From NCBI GenBank assembly GCA_023245155.1, contig JAHFKV010000001.1:597395-661394 (forward strand): a stretch of 64,000 nucleotides of DNA, read 5' to 3'. Numbering within the stretch: position 1 is the first letter of the stretch; the number at the start of each line of letters is the position of its first letter. The notes under the pieces are model-generated. The model was given only the letters and a program-made list of their open reading frames with translations, was not told the origin of the DNA and searched no databases. Origin of the DNA: Candidatus Staskawiczbacteria bacterium (GTDB lineage: Bacteria; Patescibacteriota; Minisyncoccia; Minisyncoccales; Staskawiczbacteraceae). The position numbers and the translations under genes are program-made. Positions 61,601 through 64,000 of the stretch are shown here, piece after piece.

Positions 61601-64000
61601 CCAGAACCATCAGAACTGTTAATGGTGATAAGATTCCCAGCTGTTCCCGATACCGTAAAGGTGGTTACGGTTTGCGTGGTGCCGGCAGCAAATAACAGTG
61701 AATGGGCGGCAGAACCGTCGTCCTTAAAATCAGCGAAGGTGTTGGAACCAAGGATTTCATCATTAGCCGTGCTGGCTCCGCGCGAAAACCAGATATTATT
61801 AAACGTCTTCCCACCACCAGAAAAAGTGTTGGCGGTGTTTGAGGTGTTGGTGATTTTAATCGTGGATGTATTTTGATTTAGAGTTAAGCTAGTGGTAGTG
61901 GAGGTATCCCATACAGTGCCTGTACTACTTAACGTCCACGTGCCTGAACCCATGGTAACAGTGCGGACACTGCTATGACTAGAATTAAAGTAAGGGAAAG
62001 AGATATCTTTTCCATTAGCATCAAAAGTGCCGTACTCCACATCTAAACTATTAGAAGATCCACCGATAGTGAGATTATCTTGCAACGTCAAGGTACCTCC
62101 TATCATATCAATAATAATATTGGGAAATGATTTTCCAACTGAGGTAAGAGTAAATGAACTTCTGCCTTCAAAAACCATTGTTCCGCTTGCGCTAAAACTC
62201 ATTCCTGATATAAGCGTAGTAGACCCGAATATATACCTTACAGAACTAATAGTGAAGGTTGGAGTATTGGTCGCTCCTGTCCAATTGATATTTTTTGCAA
62301 GGCGAGGCATATCGGCGGTAATATTGCGAGAAGCGGCATCAATGGAGTTGGCATCAAATGCCGCATCATCTTGGGGAAGTGGTACGCGTCCACCAATGCC
62401 ACCACTAGTAGAACCCCAGTGAGTTGAATCAGACCAGTTACCCGTGCTAGTTCCTGCTAGGGACGCCACCCAATAATTAGTTACGGCGGTGGTAAAAGTG
62501 ATACCCGAATTCCCTCCACAGTCACCGGAATTCCCGGTGGCGGCACTGATATTCCAGCCGTAGCTTCCGGCTCCGGTGATGTCTATGAAATCAGCATTTT
62601 GAATTAAATTAGTTATGCCATTGGCAGTGATGGTACGAGCCGTTCCCAGAGTATCAGTTTTAACTAACAAGCGATTAGTAGTACTATTGCCGGAAAGGGT
62701 TAAACTTGAAGAAACTGTTTGATTGGCGCTAAGCGAAAGTGCATCAGTTTTTACTGCGGTTCCCGTTCTATTAAAGTTAGTAAATGTGTTAGCGCCCGTA
62801 ACCGTGGCAGTACCAGAGCCCGTTAAATCAACTTCATTATATGTGAGTCCGCCGCCAATAAAAGTAGTGGTGGCTCCGCTAAGGGTAATTATTGATGAAT
62901 TAGCATTAAAAGTAAGGTTTGTTGTTGTGCCGGTATTCCAAGCGTTACCGGAGCCGACCGATAAGGTTATAGAAGACGAACCAAGAGTAAGGGTCCTAGT
63001 ATTGGTATTAGTTGAATCCATAGACCCAAGGTTCAGTGTTTGTCCATTGGTATCAAGAGAGCCCTTAGTTAAACTAACTGTGTTATTAGCTAATGTTCCC
63101 GTTAATTTCCATGAACCACCAGTACCATTAAAGTTGACGTTACCGGCCGTTTTGCCATTGTAATTTACGTTTTGCTGGGTGGCAGATGTGGAAATAAAAG
63201 CAATCTGAGACGTCACTGAGCTTACCAACGTATAAGTCAAACTACCAAAAATCAAGGCATTATTACTTGCCCCAGCCGTACCATCTCCGATGCTTAATGT
63301 TAAAACATTGTGAGTTAAGGTATTGGTATAGCCTGTCATATTCAAGCTTCTGATGGTAATGGCAGCCGAAAGAGTTGAATCACTGGCGCCCGTACCCACA
63401 CCATCAAAAAAAACGTCGTCAGAACTCGTAGGCACCGATGCATTATCTTGAGTATTCGATGCTGAACCCCAATTAGTGTTACTGGTAGCATTCCAATTGA
63501 CCGATGAACCGCCACCCACCCAATACCTGGAAGCATTGTGTAACTGCAATCCATCTTGGATGTACGAGTGATTGCCAGAGATAATAAACTCGTACCACTG
63601 GTTTGGGTCTTTGATTTTTTGAATGGAAGCAACGGTAATGGGCTGAACGCTATCAGTGTAAATCGTGTCACCAACGTTTACCTCAAACGCGTGGCGGACG
63701 TTATGATTATCCCAAACCGATTGGTTTTTCCATAATTTATACGTGCCGTTGATTAAGTAAAAATTGTATGGGTCTTGATAGTGGTAGGTGGCGTCGCTGA
63801 CGAGATCTATTCTTTCCACGCTATTGACCACATCTTTACCCGAATCAAAATCATGGGCGCTAATTTGGTCGCCAACTTTTAAGTCAGAAATATTTTTGTA
63901 GCCGGTGGGAGTGAGAATTTGAGATACAGAATCAGCGCTAGCGAAGGATGGCAAGGCAAAAAAGGTTGCCAAAATACATATGGAAAAAATTAAAAAGAAT
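58627..64000 (-). CDS. giant secreted Thr/Ser/Gly/Asn-rich beta-helix-type surface protein with an N-terminal Hint (intein-like) domain; N-terminus beyond window end
   Basis: The frame stays open to 63999 (FFLIFSICILATFFALPSFASA is a signal-peptide core). At least 1790 aa, with three ~190-aa modules and 77-aa tandem repeats. Confidence 0.8.
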   Translation of the reverse strand, partial: FFLIFSICILATFFALPSFASADSVSQILTPTGYKNISDLKVGDQISAHDFDSGKDVVNSVERIDLVSDATYHYQDPYNFYLINGTYKLWKNQSVWDNHNVRHAFEVNVGDTIYTDSVQPITVASIQKIKDPNQWYEFIISGNHSYIQDGLQLHNASRYWVGGGSSVNWNATSNTNWGSASNTQDNASVPTSSDDVFFDGVGTGASDSTLSAAITIRSLNMTGYTNTLTHNVLTLSIGDGTAGASNNALIFGSLTYTLVSSVTSQIAFISTSATQQNVNYNGKTAGNVNFNGTGGSWKLTGTLANNTVSLTKGSLDTNGQTLNLGSMDSTNTNTRTLTLGSSSITLSVGSGNAWNTGTTTNLTFNANSSIITLSGATTTFIGGGLTYNEVDLTGSGTATVTGANTFTNFNRTGTAVKTDALSLSANQTVSSSLTLSGNSTTNRLLVKTDTLGTARTITANGITNLIQNADFIDITGAGSYGWNISAATGNSGDCGGNSGITFTTAVTNYWVASLAGTSTGNWSDSTHWGSTSGGIGGRVPLPQDDAAFDANSIDAASRNITADMPRLAKNINWTGATNTPTFTISSVRYIFGSTTLISGMSFSASGTMVFEGRSSFTLTSVGKSFPNIIIDMIGGTLTLQDNLTIGGSSNSLDVEYGTFDANGKDISFPYFNSSHSSVRTVTMGSGTWTLSSTGTVWDTSTTTSLTLNQNTSTIKITNTSNTANTFSGGGKTFNNIWFSRGASTANDEILGSNTFADFKDDGSAAHSLLFAAGTTQTVTTFTVSGTAGNLITINSSDGSGSASTSTHALVKAGGGTIDRDYLSIQHSVATPSSTWYAGTHSTNNQATSTAGSGWTFTAAPAVISIAGTVYTDEGTTTMGSGRTVSVSVNGAAAAGNTTTASNGTYTISSITVTAGDVLTLYLDGATEKAVTVTVTAGSNMTSINLYQNDLITRQDNSGSLTNTNLDTADNNADSDISAIYSVSGGALTVAAGKSLYIPTSNTYAPGGNVSVGGNFTNAGTYTKGTETLTLTGTSTQTVTTNSSSLYALTINGSGGTYTLQDALTTTNTLTITAGTLDTKSGSNYAISVGGNWSSAGNFSARLGTVTLTGTGSQTITLSPDHFYNLTINASGGTYTLQNTLYTDNNLTITAGTLDVKSGSNYNVDVTGNYFNSGTFTARSGTVIFLGSGSQTITSGSSSFYNINLNAGAGTYTLQDALTISNNLLISSGTLDVKSGSNYAISVGNDWTNAGGTFTARSGTVTITRTSASGTGDLTSGGSSFYNLTENGSGVGYALSDNLTATNTLTLTQGTLNANNKNVTVANFSSSNSNTRTITMGSGTWTLNGTGTVWTTATTTGLTLNQNTSTITISDTSSTSKTFAGGGKTYNILTITGSGTGAVIFTGANTFGNFTVNAPKTITFPASTTTTFSGTFTCSGSSGNVITLNSSSGGTQHTLSKASGTVDCDYMSIQDSNATGGATWNAGVNSTNVSDNSGWIFGTPTYNQEHFRFYSDNTVPAGLNTANPLAAQDTNYNVGVSTTFRLRIETANTGTGAGSITRRLEFKEDSGSWTQITTNSNNVRLSDSSNFTDGAATTTRLTAVGTFQAGQGKDTSSDTSSLSLTNGNYTEDEYSLILQSTASGHSYSFRITNSGTALDTYSVTPAINTPDATPPVPSGFNPATTSTIKTATPNITFNLDEAGDCKASTTNASYAAMSGADCTGDGSTAGSCTMPSLGSNGSKTIYFACQDVWGNQDTSGTTHSVTYTLNLSSGTTNPTLTIKGLGKVKGSGVAK
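60070..60864 (-). repeat. in-frame tandem repeat, about 231 nt (77 aa) x about 3.4
   Basis: Units starting Y(A/N)LTIN.SGGTYTLQ...LTITAGTLD(T/V)KSGSNY...FTARSGTV at aa 1037, 1114, 1191 and 1272 of the listed ORF. Confidence 0.75.
63535..63924 (-). other. Hint / bacterial intein-like (BIL) domain
   Basis: Starts SQILTPTGYKNISDLKVGDQI (intein block A with a Ser nucleophile). Ends QWYEFIISGNHSYIQDGLQLHN-AS (blocks F/G, terminal His-Asn). Confidence 0.6.

Noticed and set aside
59500-63100. Repetitive DNA in the 59.5-63 kb region, considered as a CRISPR array or non-coding tandem repeat
   Set aside because: The repeats are in frame within one continuous >5.3-kb ORF, are imperfect, and have no spacer/repeat periodicity typical of CRISPR. 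They are protein-coding modules.

Overview
This 64-kb window is AT-rich and almost entirely minus-strand. It looks like a reduced bacterial genome of the Candidate Phyla Radiation / Patescibacteria type; that placement is inference. It rests on a complete str-S10-spc-alpha ribosomal superoperon with no rpmD (L30) between rpsE and rplO, Lys-rich extensions on several r-proteins, an RNA polymerase alpha subunit without a C-terminal domain, and short ProRS and AlaRS. The core also holds ftsEX, prfB (with its +1 frameshift), cfa, gatCA, two mreB, proS, rseP, frr, holB, murA, alaS, tpiA, map, adk, secY, infA, tuf, fusA, an unannotated rpmJ and three tRNAs (Gln-CTG, Thr-CGT, Pro-GGG). The left end (1-7.2 kb) is an accessory block with a tightly coupled HD-CYTH-NDT-NDT-Nudix nucleotide-handling operon. 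The right end (54.6-64 kb) is a four-gene surface operon. It encodes a giant Thr/Ser-rich secreted protein (more than 1790 aa, N-terminus off the window) that starts with a Hint/intein-like domain, then a Wzy_C/O-antigen-ligase-like TPR protein, a GW-repeat/polyproline membrane protein and an orphan CheY receiver. The most unusual signal is seven short GC-rich cassettes. Each has a strong Shine-Dalgarno and its own terminator, and six of the seven have their own TTGACA/TTGAAT-N17 promoter (cassette B lacks one). Each sits exactly in an intergenic gap of the core array, whose own genes mostly lack a Shine-Dalgarno. I saw no rRNA, CRISPR array, transposase, integrase or recognisable defence gene. 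All family assignments come from motif recognition in the ORF translations; no search was run.
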